From: Thermodesulfovibrionales bacterium | GTDB taxonomy: Bacteria > Nitrospirota > Thermodesulfovibrionia > Thermodesulfovibrionales > SM23-35 | NCBI GenBank assembly: GCA_963715195.1 | Contig: CAVQRT010000031.1 | Coordinates: 64,001 to 128,000 of the forward strand | DNA: 64,000 nt | Direction: 5' to 3' | Part shown: piece by piece, positions 52,027-64,000 of the stretch | Layout: each line of letters opens with the position of its first letter | Numbering within the stretch: the first letter of the stretch is position 1 | Notes under the pieces: generated by a model | Seen by the model: only the letters and a program-made list of their open reading frames with translations | What the model was told of the DNA's origin: nothing | Database searches by the model: none | Position numbers and translations under genes: made by a program

Positions 52027-52905
52027 TTATAAGGCAGGAACATTGAGCAACGGGAAATTCATCTCTTCACGTTGCTTGTAAAAAGCCCGTGCACAGAGCC
52101 GGGCTAGATTCCTTACCCGTGCTATATATGATGTCCTCTCCGTGACCGATATGGCTCCCCGCGCGTCAAGTAAATTAAAGGTGTGGGAACACTTCAGGCA
52201 AAACTCATATGAGGGAAGCACGAGGCCGATCTTGTTCAGCCTGATGGATTCTTTTTCATATGCGTCGAACTGCCTCATCAGAAGGTCAGTATCAGCATGA
52301 TCGAAATTGAATTTCGAAAATTCCACTTCGTCCATGTGGTGGATCTCACCATATGTTACTCCCTTGGACCACTCCAGGTTGAACACGTTATCCACTCCCT
52401 GCAGATACATGGCAATCCTCTCAAGCCCGTATGTCAGTTCAAGAGAAACAGGTTTCAGATCAATGCCCCCGACCTGCTGGAAATAGGTGAACTGGGTTAT
52501 CTCCATTCCATCAAGCCAGACTTCCCAGCCGAGCCCCCAGGCCCCAAGCGTGGGTGATTCCCAGTCATCTTCGACAAATCTTATGTCATGCTTGAGAGGA
52601 TCTATGCCCAGATAGGCAAGACTCTCGAGGTAGACTTCCTGACTCTCCTTCGGAGATGGCTTGAGAATCACCTGGTACTGATAATAGTGCTGAAGCCTGT
52701 TCGGATTTTCTCCGTACCGCCCGTCAGTAGGCCTCCGTGACGGTTCAACGTATGCAACTTTCCACGGTTCTGGACCAAGGACTCTGAAGAATGTGGCAGG
52801 GTGGAATGTCCCGGCCCCCACTTCAATATCATATGGTTGGAGAAGAATACATCCCTTATCCGACCAGAACTGCTGGAGCTTTCCAATAAGATTCTGAAAA
52901 TACAT
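52027..52905 (-). CDS. glyQ: Glycine-tRNA ligase alpha subunit
   Basis: [35 protein letters not shown]. Confidence 0.97.
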   Translation of the reverse strand: MYFQNLIGKLQQFWSDKGCILLQPYDIEVGAGTFHPATFFRVLGPEPWKVAYVEPSRRPTDGRYGENPNRLQHYYQYQVILKPSPKESQEVYLESLAYLGIDPLKHDIRFVEDDWESPTLGAWGLGWEVWLDGMEITQFTYFQQVGGIDLKPVSLELTYGLERIAMYLQGVDNVFNLEWSKGVTYGEIHHMDEVEFSKFNFDHADTDLLMRQFDAYEKESIRLNKIGLVLPSYEFCLKCSHTFNLLDARGAISVTERTSYIARVRNLARLCARAFYKQREEMNFPLLNVPAL

Positions 52906-53153
52906 AGAGTCTCCTGAGAGAAAAAAGCATAAAAGAAAGGAAAAAGGTTTGTCAAATAAATGAGATTGATTTTCAGGCATTACCTGCCAGAATTCTCCTT
53001 TAAACGAGCGAGAGCATATCGAAAAAGTCGTAGGGCGGATGTCCTTCCGGGATGTTGCACGGACTGTCTCTTCTTGGCGGGAACAGTCCAGATGGAAAAC
53101 GCTCGCCGGCTGCTTTCAGAGCGTGTAAAAAGTTTCGATTCAGACGCACATAT

Positions 53154-56100
53154 CTACGTTGAGGGACAAATTTGAGATGTACATCCGGAAAGATTCACTA
53201 TAGTATTCAGAGACTTTCCTTCCTTCATGTACTGCGTTAGCAAATCAGTAGGGACTGGAGGACTAAATATATAGCCTTGTATCCCGTCACTCCCCTGTTC
53301 ATGAAGGAATGCCAGTTGCTGTTCATTCTCCACACCTTCGGCGATGACCTTTAAATTGAGAGTGTGTGCCATGGCAATTATTGCATTAATGATAGCCCTA
53401 TCATCAGGATCAGTGCTGAGATTTCTTACGAAGGATCGGTCTATCTTTAAAATATCTATCGGGAATTTTTTAAGGTAGCTCAATGATGAATAACCAGTTC
53501 CAAAGTCATCAATTGAGAGTCTTATCCCCATGTTTTTCAATTCATTTAAAGTAATAATTGCCATTTCAGTTGATTCAATTAAGATACTTTCTGTAAGTTC
53601 CAGCTCTAAATATTTAGGTTCCAAACCTGTATCATTCAAGAGCCGAGCTACAGTTTCTAAGAAGGTTTTTTGTTTAAACTGAGCACTGGATATGTTTACC
53701 GTCACATATATCGGAGCAAAACCCGCATCCTGCCATGCCTTGTTTTGTGCACAGGCTGTACGCAATACCCACTCACCAATGGGAACAATGAGGCCAGTTT
53801 CTTCAGCCATTGGAATAAATGTCGACGGTGGTAGCAACCCTTTTTCTTCGTGCAACCAGCGTAATAATGCTTCCGCACCAATAATCTTCCCACTGCTGAT
53901 ATCTAACTGTGGCTGATAGTATACTTGTAACTCTTTGCGATCTAATGCCTTCCGTAGACTATTCTCCATTGCAATTCGTTCAATGGTAACAATGTTCATT
54001 GACTCTGTATAGAATTGGAAGTTATTTCTCCCTTGGTCTTTTGCATAATACATTGCCCTATCAGCATTCTTCAGCAGAGTGTCTACGTCTTCACCGTCAT
54101 CAGGATATAGGGATATCCCGATACTTGTGGTAATGAACATTTCATTGTTTCCTACAATAAAAGGGTGCCTAAATAAATCGAGGATTCTTTGAGCCACTTT
54201 TGATGCACTTTGAATGTTACTGATTTCAGTAAGGAGCAGGGTAAACTCGTCTCCACCCAAACGTGCCACAGTGGTATGTGACTCCTCTGTATCTATACGA
54301 GCGATAGTGTCACTTTTACGCACATATTTAGCTAAACGATCAGCAACACTTTTTAACAGGTTGTCTCCAACATCATGGCCAAACGTATCATTGATCCTCT
54401 TGAAATTGTCAAGATCAAGAAAGAGTACGGCTACCACTCGCTTATGCTGTTTAGCCGATGCTAATGCTTGTTGCAGGCGGTCTTTTAAGAAGTGACGGTT
54501 AGGCAAATCCGTTATCGTATCGTGATACGCAATATACGTGATTTGCTCTTCAGAACGCTTGCGATCACTAATGTCACGAACAATCCCTACAGAACACCAC
54601 TTTCCATTAATTTGGATTGCTGAAGTAGAAACTTCAATCGGAAATTCAGTCCCATCTTTTTTGATAGCAGAGAATTCTAATGTATTACCAATAGCTGGCC
54701 CTTGTCCCGTTTTCTTAAATTTCTCGAACCCCTTGCTAGCGTCTTCATGATATCTCTTGGGACTAAGAAACGAGTGTAAGTCTTTCCCTAAAGTCTCGTC
54801 GCTTGAATAACCAAATATTTTTTCTGCAGCAGGATTCCAATAAGATATCTTGCCTTCGCTATCCATTAATAGGATAGCATCCGCTGCTGTATTGCTGATT
54901 GCACGGAATCTTGCCTCACTTTCTTTCAGTGCTTCTTGTGATTTCCTGCGTTCAGTTATGTCTTTATCAACCCCACGGTATCCCTTCAGGTTTCTTTTCT
55001 CATCTAAAATAGGCATACCATTTGTTCGCACTAGTATTCTTTTCCCATCTTTCCGAATATTCCAGTTTTCAAGATCCTTGATAGGTTCTTTATTCTCGAC
55101 TATTTTTTGGAAAAGTGGCTTTATCATCTCTGCTTCTTTCGGTGGCATAAAATCAAAAGGTGTTTTCCCGATTATTTCTTCTGGTAAATACCCTAAGAGA
55201 TCGAAAACCTTCTCAGAACAATACGTGTAAGCCCCTTTTTCATCGACTTCCCAAATCCAATCTGCCATACTGTAAGAAATGTCCTTGAAACGTGCTTCAC
55301 TCTCACGTACTTCTTCCTCTGCCTGCTTACGTTCAGTGACGTCTCTCGCTGCACCTACCATTCCGATTACTTTGCCCTTATTGTTTTTCAGCGGAGATTC
55401 ATCTATCTCAAGCCACACTCTTCTAAGATCTTTCCTGTAAAGTTCTAACAGGTACGGTTTCTGCCTCTTGCCTGTCTTCAGAGCTATTTCAGTAAGTTCT
55501 ATGCCTATGGTATTAATCGGGTCTTCAGTAACAAGATTTGTCCACTCTGTCATCATTTCAACAGGGGAGTATCCCAGAATCTGCAGGCATTGTGGACTTA
55601 TAAAAATCAGCCTATGCTTCATGTCGTGGATATAGAAAATCTCGTTACTATGCTCAATGATGTTCTTGAGTTTCTGTTTACTTTCTTTCAGAGCTATCTC
55701 TGCCTGTTTACGATCGGTAATTTCTTGAGAAATATTATCAACCATATGATTCGTTACTTTCTTAAGGGATTCAAGTAACTCTTCGTTGGAATCTCCGCTG
55801 ACCCTTGCACTCAAGTCCCCTTTTGAGACTTTGTTTAATACGTCAAAATGTTCGGCAAGGCAAATGGCAAACTCATGAGATTGGTTGACGATTTCCCCGA
55901 TGTTTTCAGCTGTCAAATTCACTATTTGTTTTAGTTTATTTATCAACTCGATTTTTGATGTTTCTTGTGTTCTTACTGTCGGATCGCCCGTTGCAATCTT
56001 TTTCAATGCTTCGAATGTCTCTGAAAGACCAATGGCCAGCTCCATGTTTGTGTCTTCCATCTCACTATCTTTTTCGTCAACATGCTTCCTGAATCTCTTG

Positions 56101-56381
56101 AACTGTTTGCTTGCAGCTTTTATAGTGTCTCTCATTGCGGAAACATCCATATTCAAACTGAAAATCTCACAATCCAAACACATTTCCATCTTTTCTATGA
56201 ATTTCCCCTGGATTTCGTTTCGACAACGGGTTCCTGAAATAAGCCAGCACATGAGGTTTTTTATCTCATATGCAGGACAGTCTTTTTCTCTACAAGAAAA
56301 AACTTCCCAGCATTTTACCTTCTTGTGTATGACTCCTCTTCGATTCTCTTGACTCTTTTTGTTTAAAGCTGAATTTGGCAT
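53154..56381 (-). CDS. PAS x3-GGDEF-EAL c-di-GMP enzyme with N-terminal Cys-Trp (two-CW-like) module
   Basis: KCWE...CPA...CW...C; three PAS/PAC ending DxTERK-like; RLGGDEF; EALLRW; DDFGTGYSSL. Confidence 0.92.
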   Translation of the reverse strand: MPNSALNKKSQENRRGVIHKKVKCWEVFSCREKDCPAYEIKNLMCWLISGTRCRNEIQGKFIEKMEMCLDCEIFSLNMDVSAMRDTIKAASKQFKRFRKHVDEKDSEMEDTNMELAIGLSETFEALKKIATGDPTVRTQETSKIELINKLKQIVNLTAENIGEIVNQSHEFAICLAEHFDVLNKVSKGDLSARVSGDSNEELLESLKKVTNHMVDNISQEITDRKQAEIALKESKQKLKNIIEHSNEIFYIHDMKHRLIFISPQCLQILGYSPVEMMTEWTNLVTEDPINTIGIELTEIALKTGKRQKPYLLELYRKDLRRVWLEIDESPLKNNKGKVIGMVGAARDVTERKQAEEEVRESEARFKDISYSMADWIWEVDEKGAYTYCSEKVFDLLGYLPEEIIGKTPFDFMPPKEAEMIKPLFQKIVENKEPIKDLENWNIRKDGKRILVRTNGMPILDEKRNLKGYRGVDKDITERRKSQEALKESEARFRAISNTAADAILLMDSEGKISYWNPAAEKIFGYSSDETLGKDLHSFLSPKRYHEDASKGFEKFKKTGQGPAIGNTLEFSAIKKDGTEFPIEVSTSAIQINGKWCSVGIVRDISDRKRSEEQITYIAYHDTITDLPNRHFLKDRLQQALASAKQHKRVVAVLFLDLDNFKRINDTFGHDVGDNLLKSVADRLAKYVRKSDTIARIDTEESHTTVARLGGDEFTLLLTEISNIQSASKVAQRILDLFRHPFIVGNNEMFITTSIGISLYPDDGEDVDTLLKNADRAMYYAKDQGRNNFQFYTESMNIVTIERIAMENSLRKALDRKELQVYYQPQLDISSGKIIGAEALLRWLHEEKGLLPPSTFIPMAEETGLIVPIGEWVLRTACAQNKAWQDAGFAPIYVTVNISSAQFKQKTFLETVARLLNDTGLEPKYLELELTESILIESTEMAIITLNELKNMGIRLSIDDFGTGYSSLSYLKKFPIDILKIDRSFVRNLSTDPDDRAIINAIIAMAHTLNLKVIAEGVENEQQLAFLHEQGSDGIQGYIFSPPVPTDLLTQYMKEGKSLNTIVNLSGCTSQICPST

Positions 56382-57325
56382 CTCAATTTTCCGTTACACT
56401 CAACTTTACAGGAGAACAAGAGCCTCTATAATCTTTGGCATCATGCACGAAGATCTTTTTCACAGGCATGACAGTCTCTAATCATTTTGAAGATATCCTT
56501 GTCTCCTTAAGGTATTATTACCGTGATCTTCAAGACTGGTTGAAGGCACGTAAGACCTGAGGTGTTCAATATTTCTATTGCCATCCTTTAATTTCGCTTT
56601 ATTTGTGAATTACAATCTTACAATTCTCAAGCATATTTTATTCCAAAAGGGGGCGATCGTATAAGTTATTGATTATAAAACATACATTGAATTACTGGTT
56701 AATGATCTGAAGAGATTATGACAAATCCTGTCAATAATTTTCATAGCAGAATGAAACAAAAACTGACCGTATAGGTTTGGAGCGGAACTCTCCATGGGGC
56801 GAAGCATTGAACGATCCTTGATAGTTTGAACAGGATGCGGTTTTCCTAAATTATGCAATGACCCATTTAGTTTCGGCTATATGGTCCTGCATGCGGACAT
56901 GAAGTGCCATTTACGATTACAGGACATTGAACTAAAGAAGTGCAGGGAAGAGGGAAATAACATATCCAGAGAATAAGGTCTGGTCTTTTATCAAAAGGAA
57001 TGCCCCTGCTTATTCTCCTGATAATTTTTTGTTTTAGATGGATACAATCTGTTGTTAATACCGGTATATTTTCTTGAATACTCTCTCCGTTCTTCATATT
57101 GTATTCTATAATTTTGAACTGGGATATTGCATCCTGACGAGCATAATCCGCAGATTCTGAATGTCCATGTCACCGCATGAGACTATTATGCATTGCGGGA
57201 ACACACGCCTCACATGATTTTGTCTGCCCTTCCATAATTTTCTAAGAATGGATTGTACCTGCAGGGCAGAAAAAGCAGTTCCTCAGATACGAAAGACAAG
57301 ATCCTTGTGATATAATTTCATCCAC

Positions 57326-58423
57326 ATGCAAGAGAAGATCCTGATGAAGGGGAATGAAGTCATTGCTGAATCTGCGGTCAGGGCGGGCTGCCGTTTTTAC
57401 GCAGGATATCCTATCACTCCGCAGAACGAAATCCCCGAATACATGTCATGGAGGATGCCTGCAGTTGGGGGAACCTTCATCCAGGCAGAAAGCGAGCTCT
57501 CAGCAATCAATATGGTTTATGGGGCTGCAGCCGCCGGAATCCGTGCCATGACATCATCGAGCAGTCCGGGAATAAGTCTGAAGCAGGAGACTATTTCATA
57601 TCTCGCCGGTGCGGAACTTCCCTCTGTTATCGTAAACATGCAGCGGGGCGGACCGGGCCTCGGAAATATCTCCGGCAGCCAGGGAGATTATTTTCAGTCG
57701 GTGAAGGGCGGCGGACACGGTGATTATAAAATGGTAGTGTACGCTCCTTCCAGCCTGCAGGAATTGTGGGATTTAACCATGCTTGCCTTCGATAAGGCGG
57801 ATGAGTACAGAAACCCTGTCATGATACTCGGCGACGGAATCATTGGACAGATGATGGAACCTTTTTATCCAACCCCATACCGGAACCCTCACCTCACTGA
57901 AAAGAACTGGGTACTTGATGGATGCAGGGACAGGGAGCCCCGGGTAATAAAATCTCTCTATATGGGAGATGGCGAGCTCGAGATGAGAAATATTCTTCTC
58001 CAGAAGAAATATACGCAGATAAAAAATAGAGAGGTCAGATTCGAACAGTACTATTCGGAGGATTCTGAATGTATCATCGTTGCTTTTGGTATCGTTGCGC
58101 GGATTGCCCTCGCCTCTGTTATGAGACTCAGACGTGAAGGCTGTAAAGTCGGTCTCTTCAGGCCGGTCACCCTCTTCCCATTCCCCCAGGAAGAGCTTTT
58201 TCTCCTTGCCGGTGAAAACAGAAAATTTCTTGTCGTAGAAATGAATGCTGGCCAGATGGTCGAAGATGTTCGATTGGCCATTGATGGGCGGGGACCGGTC
58301 TTTTTTTACGGAAGACCGGGCGGAGCCATTCTGACACCGGAAGATATCGAGGCGAAGATTCGACAAACGCTCGATTACCAGCATCATACCGTCAGGAGCA
58401 GATTTCAGCAAAACGATATGTAG
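57326..58423 (+). CDS. vorB: 2-oxoacid:ferredoxin oxidoreductase alpha subunit (VorB-like)
   Basis: AGYPITPQ, QAESE, TSSSSPG, QRGGPGLG, VEMNAGQM. Confidence 0.8.
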   Translation: MQEKILMKGNEVIAESAVRAGCRFYAGYPITPQNEIPEYMSWRMPAVGGTFIQAESELSAINMVYGAAAAGIRAMTSSSSPGISLKQETISYLAGAELPSVIVNMQRGGPGLGNISGSQGDYFQSVKGGGHGDYKMVVYAPSSLQELWDLTMLAFDKADEYRNPVMILGDGIIGQMMEPFYPTPYRNPHLTEKNWVLDGCRDREPRVIKSLYMGDGELEMRNILLQKKYTQIKNREVRFEQYYSEDSECIIVAFGIVARIALASVMRLRREGCKVGLFRPVTLFPFPQEELFLLAGENRKFLVVEMNAGQMVEDVRLAIDGRGPVFFYGRPGGAILTPEDIEAKIRQTLDYQHHTVRSRFQQNDM

Positions 58424-58472
58424 CGGGCCCCGTTTCGGGGCATTTGCCCCTTCTTTTTTCAGCAGCGGTGCC

Positions 58473-58501
58473 TTGACAAAAAAAATTGTGTCTGGTAATA
58501 T
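58473..58501 (+). promoter_or_regulatory. sigma70 promoter of str operon
   Basis: TTGACA-17 nt-TAATAT upstream of rpsL. Confidence 0.7.
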
Positions 58502-58564
58502 TTCCACTTGCTGTAGAATCCAGCAGTATTTAGTAGTATTTATAAATACATTCATGGAGGGACA

Positions 58565-58936
58565 TTGCCTACAATTGCGCAGTTAATAAAGAACGGACGG
58601 GAGAAGGTTCGTGTAAAAACTAAGAGCCCTGCACTCAAGTCATGCCCGCAGAAACGGGGCGTATGCGTGAGGGTTTACACAACGACACCCAAAAAACCAA
58701 ACTCGGCCCTCAGAAAAGTCGCGAGAGTCAGGCTCATGACCGGAATAGAAGTTACCGCATATATACCCGGCGTCGGGCATAATCTCCAGGAGCATTCCAT
58801 TGTCATGATACGCGGTGGAAGGGTAAAAGACCTTCCCGGTGTCCGATACCATATTATAAGAGGCACTCTGGATTCCATGGGAGTTTCCGACAGAAGACGG
58901 GGAAGATCAAAATACGGGTCAAAGCGACCCAAATAG
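58565..58936 (+). CDS. rpsL: 30S ribosomal protein S12
   Basis: [22 protein letters not shown] start. Confidence 0.98.
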   Translation: MPTIAQLIKNGREKVRVKTKSPALKSCPQKRGVCVRVYTTTPKKPNSALRKVARVRLMTGIEVTAYIPGVGHNLQEHSIVMIRGGRVKDLPGVRYHIIRGTLDSMGVSDRRRGRSKYGSKRPK

Positions 58937-58948
58937 AGAGAGCTCATC

Positions 58949-59419
58949 ATGCCAAGAAGACGGGTTGTTGAAAAAAGAGAAATCTTACCGGATCCAAAAT
59001 ATAATAGTAAGATCGTAAGCAAATTTGTGAATGCGCTTATGGAGAGCGGCAAGAAGTCCACAGCAGAGAGGATATGTTATGGCGCATTCGAAATTTTAAA
59101 CCAAAAAACCGGCACCGATCCGCTCAAGGTTTATAAAACTGCACTTGAGAATGTAAAGCCCGTTCTGGAAGTTAAGCCGAGGAGGGTCGGCGGTGCTACA
59201 TATCAGGTTCCTGTTGAAATCAGGCCGCACCGGCGGACTGCACTTGCTTTTCGCTGGATCATCACCTATTCGCGGGCGAGAGGCGAAAAGACGATGCAGG
59301 AGAGACTTGCGGGGGAATTGCTGGACGCGTATAACAATACCGGGACTTCTATCAAGAAGAAAGAAGATACCCATAAAATGGCCGAGGCTAATAAGGCTTT
59401 TGCCCATTACAGATGGTAG
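58949..59419 (+). CDS. rpsG: 30S ribosomal protein S7
   Basis: [23 protein letters not shown]. Confidence 0.98.
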   Translation: MPRRRVVEKREILPDPKYNSKIVSKFVNALMESGKKSTAERICYGAFEILNQKTGTDPLKVYKTALENVKPVLEVKPRRVGGATYQVPVEIRPHRRTALAFRWIITYSRARGEKTMQERLAGELLDAYNNTGTSIKKKEDTHKMAEANKAFAHYRW

Positions 59420-59440
59420 GAAGAATAGAGGAGAGAGATT

Positions 59441-61519
59441 TTGTCACCTTTTTCGCTTCAAAAGACACGCAATATCGGTATCATGGCACACATCGATGCA
59501 GGGAAGACTACGAGTACCGAACGAATCCTCTATTACACAGGTGTTACCTACAAGATCGGAGAGGTTGATGAAGGCACTGCTGTCATGGACTGGATGGTAC
59601 AGGAGCAGGAGAGAGGCATCACCATTACCTCTGCCGCAACAACATGTCACTGGAAAGACTATCGGATTAATATCATAGACACCCCGGGTCATGTCGATTT
59701 CACTGTCGAAGTAGAAAGATCGCTGAGAGTACTTGATGGAGCTGTTGCCGTTTTCGATTCTGTCGCAGGTGTTGAACCCCAGTCGGAGACGGTATGGAGA
59801 CAGGCAAATAAGTACGGCGTTCCCCGTATTGCTTTTATGAACAAAATGGATCGTGTGGGGGCTGATTTTTTTATGAGTGTCAACAGCATGATTGAACGTC
59901 TTGATGCGAATCCCGTTCCGGTTCAGATACCGGTAGGAACCGAGGATAAGTTCAGGGGGCAGATCGATCTGGTCAACATGAAAGCACTGTATTTTGATGA
60001 TGAAACGCTTGGGGCAAATTTTCTTGAAGAGGACATCCCGGAAGCACTTCTCCCCACAGCACATCAATACCGTGATAAGATGCTTGAGGCACTGGCAGAC
60101 CTTGATGACGGTATTATGGAAAAGTACCTTGATAAGGCCGACATACAGATTGATGAAATCAAGAGAGCGATCAGAAAAGGCACACTCGAACTGAAAATCA
60201 CTCCGGTCATCTGCGGTTCTGCCTTCAGGAATAAAGGTGTTCAGCTTCTGCTTGATGCAATCGTTGACTACCTGCCTTCGCCGCTTGATATCCCCCCTGT
60301 TGTTGGAAAAATACCCAGGAGTGATTCTGTGATTGTACGGCATGCGCAGGATAGCGAACCATTTTCTGCAATCGCTTTTAAGGTAATGACCGACCCATTC
60401 GTGGGGCAGCTTACCTTTATACGCGTATATTCCGGAGTGTTAAACGCCGGATCATATATCTATAACTCAACAAAAGACATCAAAGAGCGGGTCGGAAGGC
60501 TTCTGAAGATGCACGCAAACAAGCGCGAGGAGGTCAAGGAGGTATCGGCAGGTGATATCGCTGCCGTTGTGGGGCTGAAACATACCCTGACGGGCGATAC
60601 GCTGTGTGATGAAAAGAATCCCATTATCCTCGAATCCATAGAGTTCCCGGAACCGGTTATGTCGGTTGCCATTGAACCAAAGACGAAGGCCGATCAGGAA
60701 AAACTCTCCCAGTCGCTTGCAAAGCTTGCCCAGGAAGACCCCTCGTTCCGGGTTTCCTTTAATGAAGAAACCGGCCAAACCATCATATCAGGCATGGGAG
60801 AGCTGCATCTTGAGATCATCGTTGACAGGCTGCTGCGGGAATTTAAGGTCTCTGCAAATGTCGGCAGGCCCCAGGTTGCTTATAAGGAGACAATACGGGG
60901 GTCGGCAAAGTCAGAGGGAAAATTTGTCAGACAGACCGGAGGCAGGGGACAGTACGGACATGTTATCATTCAAGTTGAGCCATCAGAGGCCGGTAAGGGA
61001 TTCGAATTCGAAAATAAGATCGTTGGTGGTGCTGTTCCGCGTGAATACATACCTGCCATCGAAAAAGGGATAAGAGAAGCGTCGGACAGGGGGATTCTTG
61101 CAGGGTATCCTGTTGTTGATGTCAAGGCAGTTCTGATTGACGGTTCGTACCATGAGGTTGATTCCTCTGAAATGGCCTTTAAAATCGCCGGCTCCATGGC
61201 GTTTAAGGAAGCTGCCAAGAACGCCAGGCCCATACTGCTCGAACCAATCATGAGTATCGAGATTGTCACTCCGGAGGAATACATGGGCGATGTTATCGGA
61301 GATCTGAACGCCCGCCGGGGAAGAGTGCACAACATAGAGCGAAGGGGAAACGTTCAGGTAATCAAGTCGCAGGCTCCGCTCGCAGAGATGTTCGGTTACG
61401 CAACAAGTTTGCGCTCAAAAACACAGGGCAGGGCAACATATACCATGCAGTTTTCGCACTACGATGAAGTTCCCAAGGGAGTTTCCGAGGGAATCATCGC
61501 CGTGGTGAGAGGCGGATAA
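59441..61519 (+). CDS. fusA: Elongation factor G
   Basis: [24 protein letters not shown]. Confidence 0.98.
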   Translation: MSPFSLQKTRNIGIMAHIDAGKTTSTERILYYTGVTYKIGEVDEGTAVMDWMVQEQERGITITSAATTCHWKDYRINIIDTPGHVDFTVEVERSLRVLDGAVAVFDSVAGVEPQSETVWRQANKYGVPRIAFMNKMDRVGADFFMSVNSMIERLDANPVPVQIPVGTEDKFRGQIDLVNMKALYFDDETLGANFLEEDIPEALLPTAHQYRDKMLEALADLDDGIMEKYLDKADIQIDEIKRAIRKGTLELKITPVICGSAFRNKGVQLLLDAIVDYLPSPLDIPPVVGKIPRSDSVIVRHAQDSEPFSAIAFKVMTDPFVGQLTFIRVYSGVLNAGSYIYNSTKDIKERVGRLLKMHANKREEVKEVSAGDIAAVVGLKHTLTGDTLCDEKNPIILESIEFPEPVMSVAIEPKTKADQEKLSQSLAKLAQEDPSFRVSFNEETGQTIISGMGELHLEIIVDRLLREFKVSANVGRPQVAYKETIRGSAKSEGKFVRQTGGRGQYGHVIIQVEPSEAGKGFEFENKIVGGAVPREYIPAIEKGIREASDRGILAGYPVVDVKAVLIDGSYHEVDSSEMAFKIAGSMAFKEAAKNARPILLEPIMSIEIVTPEEYMGDVIGDLNARRGRVHNIERRGNVQVIKSQAPLAEMFGYATSLRSKTQGRATYTMQFSHYDEVPKGVSEGIIAVVRGG

Positions 61520-61543
61520 CGCCGGTGAAAATAAGGAGGAGAA

Positions 61544-62743
61544 ATGGCGAAGGCAAAATTTGAGAGGGTAAAGCCTCATGCGAACATAGGGACGATCGGG
61601 CATGTAGACCACGGGAAGACGACGCTGACATCGGCGATCACGAAGATATTGGCGATGAAGGGGCAGGCGCAGTTCCGGTCATTTGACAGTATTGACAATG
61701 CGCCGGAGGAGAAGGCGCGGGGGATCACGATCGCGACGGCACACGTTGAGTATGAGACGGACAATCGGCACTATGCGCATGTAGACTGTCCGGGGCATGC
61801 TGATTACATAAAGAACATGATAACGGGGGCAGCGCAGATGGACGGAGCGATCCTGGTGGTATCTGCGGCGGACGGACCGATGCCGCAGACGCGGGAGCAC
61901 ATATTGTTGGCGCGGCAGGTAGGGGTTCCGTACATTGTGGTATTCATGAATAAAGTAGACATGGTGGATGATCCTGAGCTGCTGGACCTGGTGGAGCTTG
62001 AAGTGAGGGAGTTACTGACGAAGTATCAGTTTCCGGGGGACAAGATACCGGTGATACGGGGCAGTGCGTTGAAGGCGATGGGAAGTACGAGCACGGACTC
62101 TGGGGTAGAGGAGTACAAGTGCATTTTTGAACTGATGGAAGCGGTAGACAGCTACATACCGACGCCTGACCGGCCGATTGACAAACCGTTTTTGATGCCG
62201 ATAGAGGATGTATTTACGATATCGGGGCGCGGGACGGTGGTGACGGGGAGAGTTGAGCGCGGGATCGTTAAGGTAGGGGAAGAGGTAGAGATCGTGGGAC
62301 TGGGGGAGACGCGGAAGACGGTAGCGACTGGGGTAGAGATGTTCCGGAAGCTGCTGGATGAGGGGAGAGCGGGAGACAACATAGGGGTATTGTTACGGGG
62401 AGTAGGGAAAGAGGAAGTAGAGCGGGGGCAGGTATTGGCGAAACCCGGGAGCATAACGCCTCACACGAAATTCAAGGCGGAGGTATACATATTGACGAAG
62501 GAGGAAGGCGGGAGGCACACGCCGTTTTTCAAGGGATACCGGCCGCAGTTTTACTTTCGGACGACGGACGTAACGGGGGTCGCGCAGTTGCCTGAGGGGG
62601 TGGAGATGGTGATGCCCGGGGATAACGTGACGCTGTCGATAGAGCTGATATCGGCGATTGCGATGGAGAAGGAGCTGCGGTTTGCGATACGGGAGGGCGG
62701 CCGGACTGTTGGTGCCGGTGTTGTGACAGAGGTTATCCAGTAA
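61544..62743 (+). CDS. tuf: Elongation factor Tu
   Basis: [28 protein letters not shown]. Confidence 0.98.
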   Translation: MAKAKFERVKPHANIGTIGHVDHGKTTLTSAITKILAMKGQAQFRSFDSIDNAPEEKARGITIATAHVEYETDNRHYAHVDCPGHADYIKNMITGAAQMDGAILVVSAADGPMPQTREHILLARQVGVPYIVVFMNKVDMVDDPELLDLVELEVRELLTKYQFPGDKIPVIRGSALKAMGSTSTDSGVEEYKCIFELMEAVDSYIPTPDRPIDKPFLMPIEDVFTISGRGTVVTGRVERGIVKVGEEVEIVGLGETRKTVATGVEMFRKLLDEGRAGDNIGVLLRGVGKEEVERGQVLAKPGSITPHTKFKAEVYILTKEEGGRHTPFFKGYRPQFYFRTTDVTGVAQLPEGVEMVMPGDNVTLSIELISAIAMEKELRFAIREGGRTVGAGVVTEVIQ

Positions 62744-62795
62744 ATGGAAGTCAAAAGATCTGCTGCAGGCATATCAAGGTAAGAGAGAGAAGAAC

Positions 62796-63101
62796 GTGAA
62801 CCAAAAGATCAGAATAAAATTAAGAGCTTATGACCATAGAATTCTCGACAGATCAGTAAAGGAAATTGTGGATACCGTACAGCGCACAGGTGCAAGGATA
62901 GCCGGGCCTGTTCCGCTACCGACAAGAATCAGCAGGGTGACTGTCCTCAGGTCTCCCCATGTTGACAAGAAATCCCGGGAGCAATTTGAAATCAGGACCC
63001 ATAAGCGGCTTATCGATATTGTCGATCCGACTCCACAGACGGTTGATGCCCTGATGAAATTAGAACTTGCAGCAGGTGTGGATGTTGAAATAAAGTTATG
63101 A
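62796..63101 (+). CDS. rpsJ: 30S ribosomal protein S10
   Basis: [28 protein letters not shown]. Confidence 0.98.
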   Translation: MNQKIRIKLRAYDHRILDRSVKEIVDTVQRTGARIAGPVPLPTRISRVTVLRSPHVDKKSREQFEIRTHKRLIDIVDPTPQTVDALMKLELAAGVDVEIKL

Positions 63102-63168
63102 TAACGGAAAACAGCACAACGATATTATTTTTACTAATCATAGAGAGGCCAAACGCGGAGATCGGTAC

Positions 63169-63780
63169 ATGGTAGGCATTTTAGGGAAAAAACTCGGGAT
63201 GACACAAATCTATATGGAAGATGGCAAAGCATGTCCGGTTACGGTTGTCGAAGCGGGTCCATGCTGTGTCCTTCAGGTAAAAACCCTGGACAACGACGGA
63301 TACGAGGCTGTTAAAATCGGATTTTCAGAGGTAGGAGAAAGGAAAGTGAATAAGCCCCTCTTGGGGAATTTTAAAAAGGCGGGCGTCAAACCTTACAGAT
63401 TGCTAAGGGAATTCGCGATGGGCGGACTGCAGGTCGGCGAATTTATTACCGTCGAAAGATTTACCAAGGGCGATACAATTTCTGTATCGGGGATATCGAA
63501 GGGCAAGGGCTTTCAGGGAGTAATGAAAAGGCATCATTTTTCAGGAGGCCCGGGTTCCCACGGATCTATGTTCAACAGGGCACCCGGTTCGATCGGAGCG
63601 AGTTCATACCCGTCACGGGTTTGGAAAAATCAGGGAATGCCCGGTCATATGGGATCCGGAAGAGTAACGGTCAGAAACCTCGAAATTGTCGATGTCAAAA
63701 CTGATCAGAACATCCTGCTGATCAAAGGAGCAATTCCCGGGGCAATCGGTGCCGTGGTTGAGATTAAAAAGGAAGATTAA
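63169..63780 (+). CDS. rplC: 50S ribosomal protein L3
   Basis: [20 protein letters not shown]. Confidence 0.97.
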   Translation: MVGILGKKLGMTQIYMEDGKACPVTVVEAGPCCVLQVKTLDNDGYEAVKIGFSEVGERKVNKPLLGNFKKAGVKPYRLLREFAMGGLQVGEFITVERFTKGDTISVSGISKGKGFQGVMKRHHFSGGPGSHGSMFNRAPGSIGASSYPSRVWKNQGMPGHMGSGRVTVRNLEIVDVKTDQNILLIKGAIPGAIGAVVEIKKED

Positions 63781-63781
63781 G

Positions 63782-64000
63782 ATGCCGGAAATAGAGATAA
63801 AGGACAGAGATAACAGGACCATTGAAACGGTTCAGATACGTGATGATGTCTTTGGCGGGAAGGGAAAGAAGGGTCTCCTCCATCAGGTAGTCGTTAATTT
63901 TCTTGCAAACCAGCGACAGGGAACGCACAGCACAAAGACAAAAGGACTTGTGAGCGGGGGAGGCAGAAAACCATACAGACAGAAACATACGGGAAGGGCA
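63782..64000 (+). CDS. rplD: 50S ribosomal protein L4, partial
   Basis: Manual translation ...[14 protein letters not shown]...[15 protein letters not shown]. Confidence 0.93.
   Translation, partial: MPEIEIKDRDNRTIETVQIRDDVFGGKGKKGLLHQVVVNFLANQRQGTHSTKTKGLVSGGGRKPYRQKHTGRA

Noticed and set aside
56673..57173. Three short minus-strand ORFs
   Set aside because: No motifs or convincing RBS; a decayed gene is possible but cannot be supported by eye

Overview
Bacterial chromosomal window. Gene content and order suggest an anaerobic Gram-negative organism, most likely Nitrospirota (Thermodesulfovibrionia-like); this taxon is an inference. Most of the window is housekeeping: hisG, mfd, ligA, ndk, mdh, idh, Re-citrate synthase-like, fabG-acpP-fabF-rnc, copA, nrdR-glyA-rpiB, metG-ricT-holB-tmk, glyQ and the str/S10 operon start, plus tRNA-Pro(TGG) and tRNA-Val(GAC). 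The main accessory element is a ~7.5 kb integrase-less island (about 10046-17569) bounded by tRNA-Pro and a degenerate copy of its 3' end. It carries an extended arsenic operon (arsE-like, arsR, arsC, acr3, arsP, arsF, arsG, arsM) and an internally deleted group II intron. The strongest new signal is that two island genes appear to be selenoproteins. ArsM has an in-frame TGA at the position of a conserved As-binding Cys, and the divergent thioredoxin-like gene has TGA at its Cys-Arg motif. Both frames stay open after the TGA and both have a SECIS-like hairpin. Other observations: a sigma54/IHF promoter for Csu-type pilins, a candidate riboswitch-like leader upstream of a CBS gene, a nested 264-bp hairpin, heptamer repeats inserted in-frame in proteins, two small genes missed by the ORF track (bS22, YHS), and seven single-base frameshifts that are probably assembly errors. 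All calls are by eye; no searches were run.
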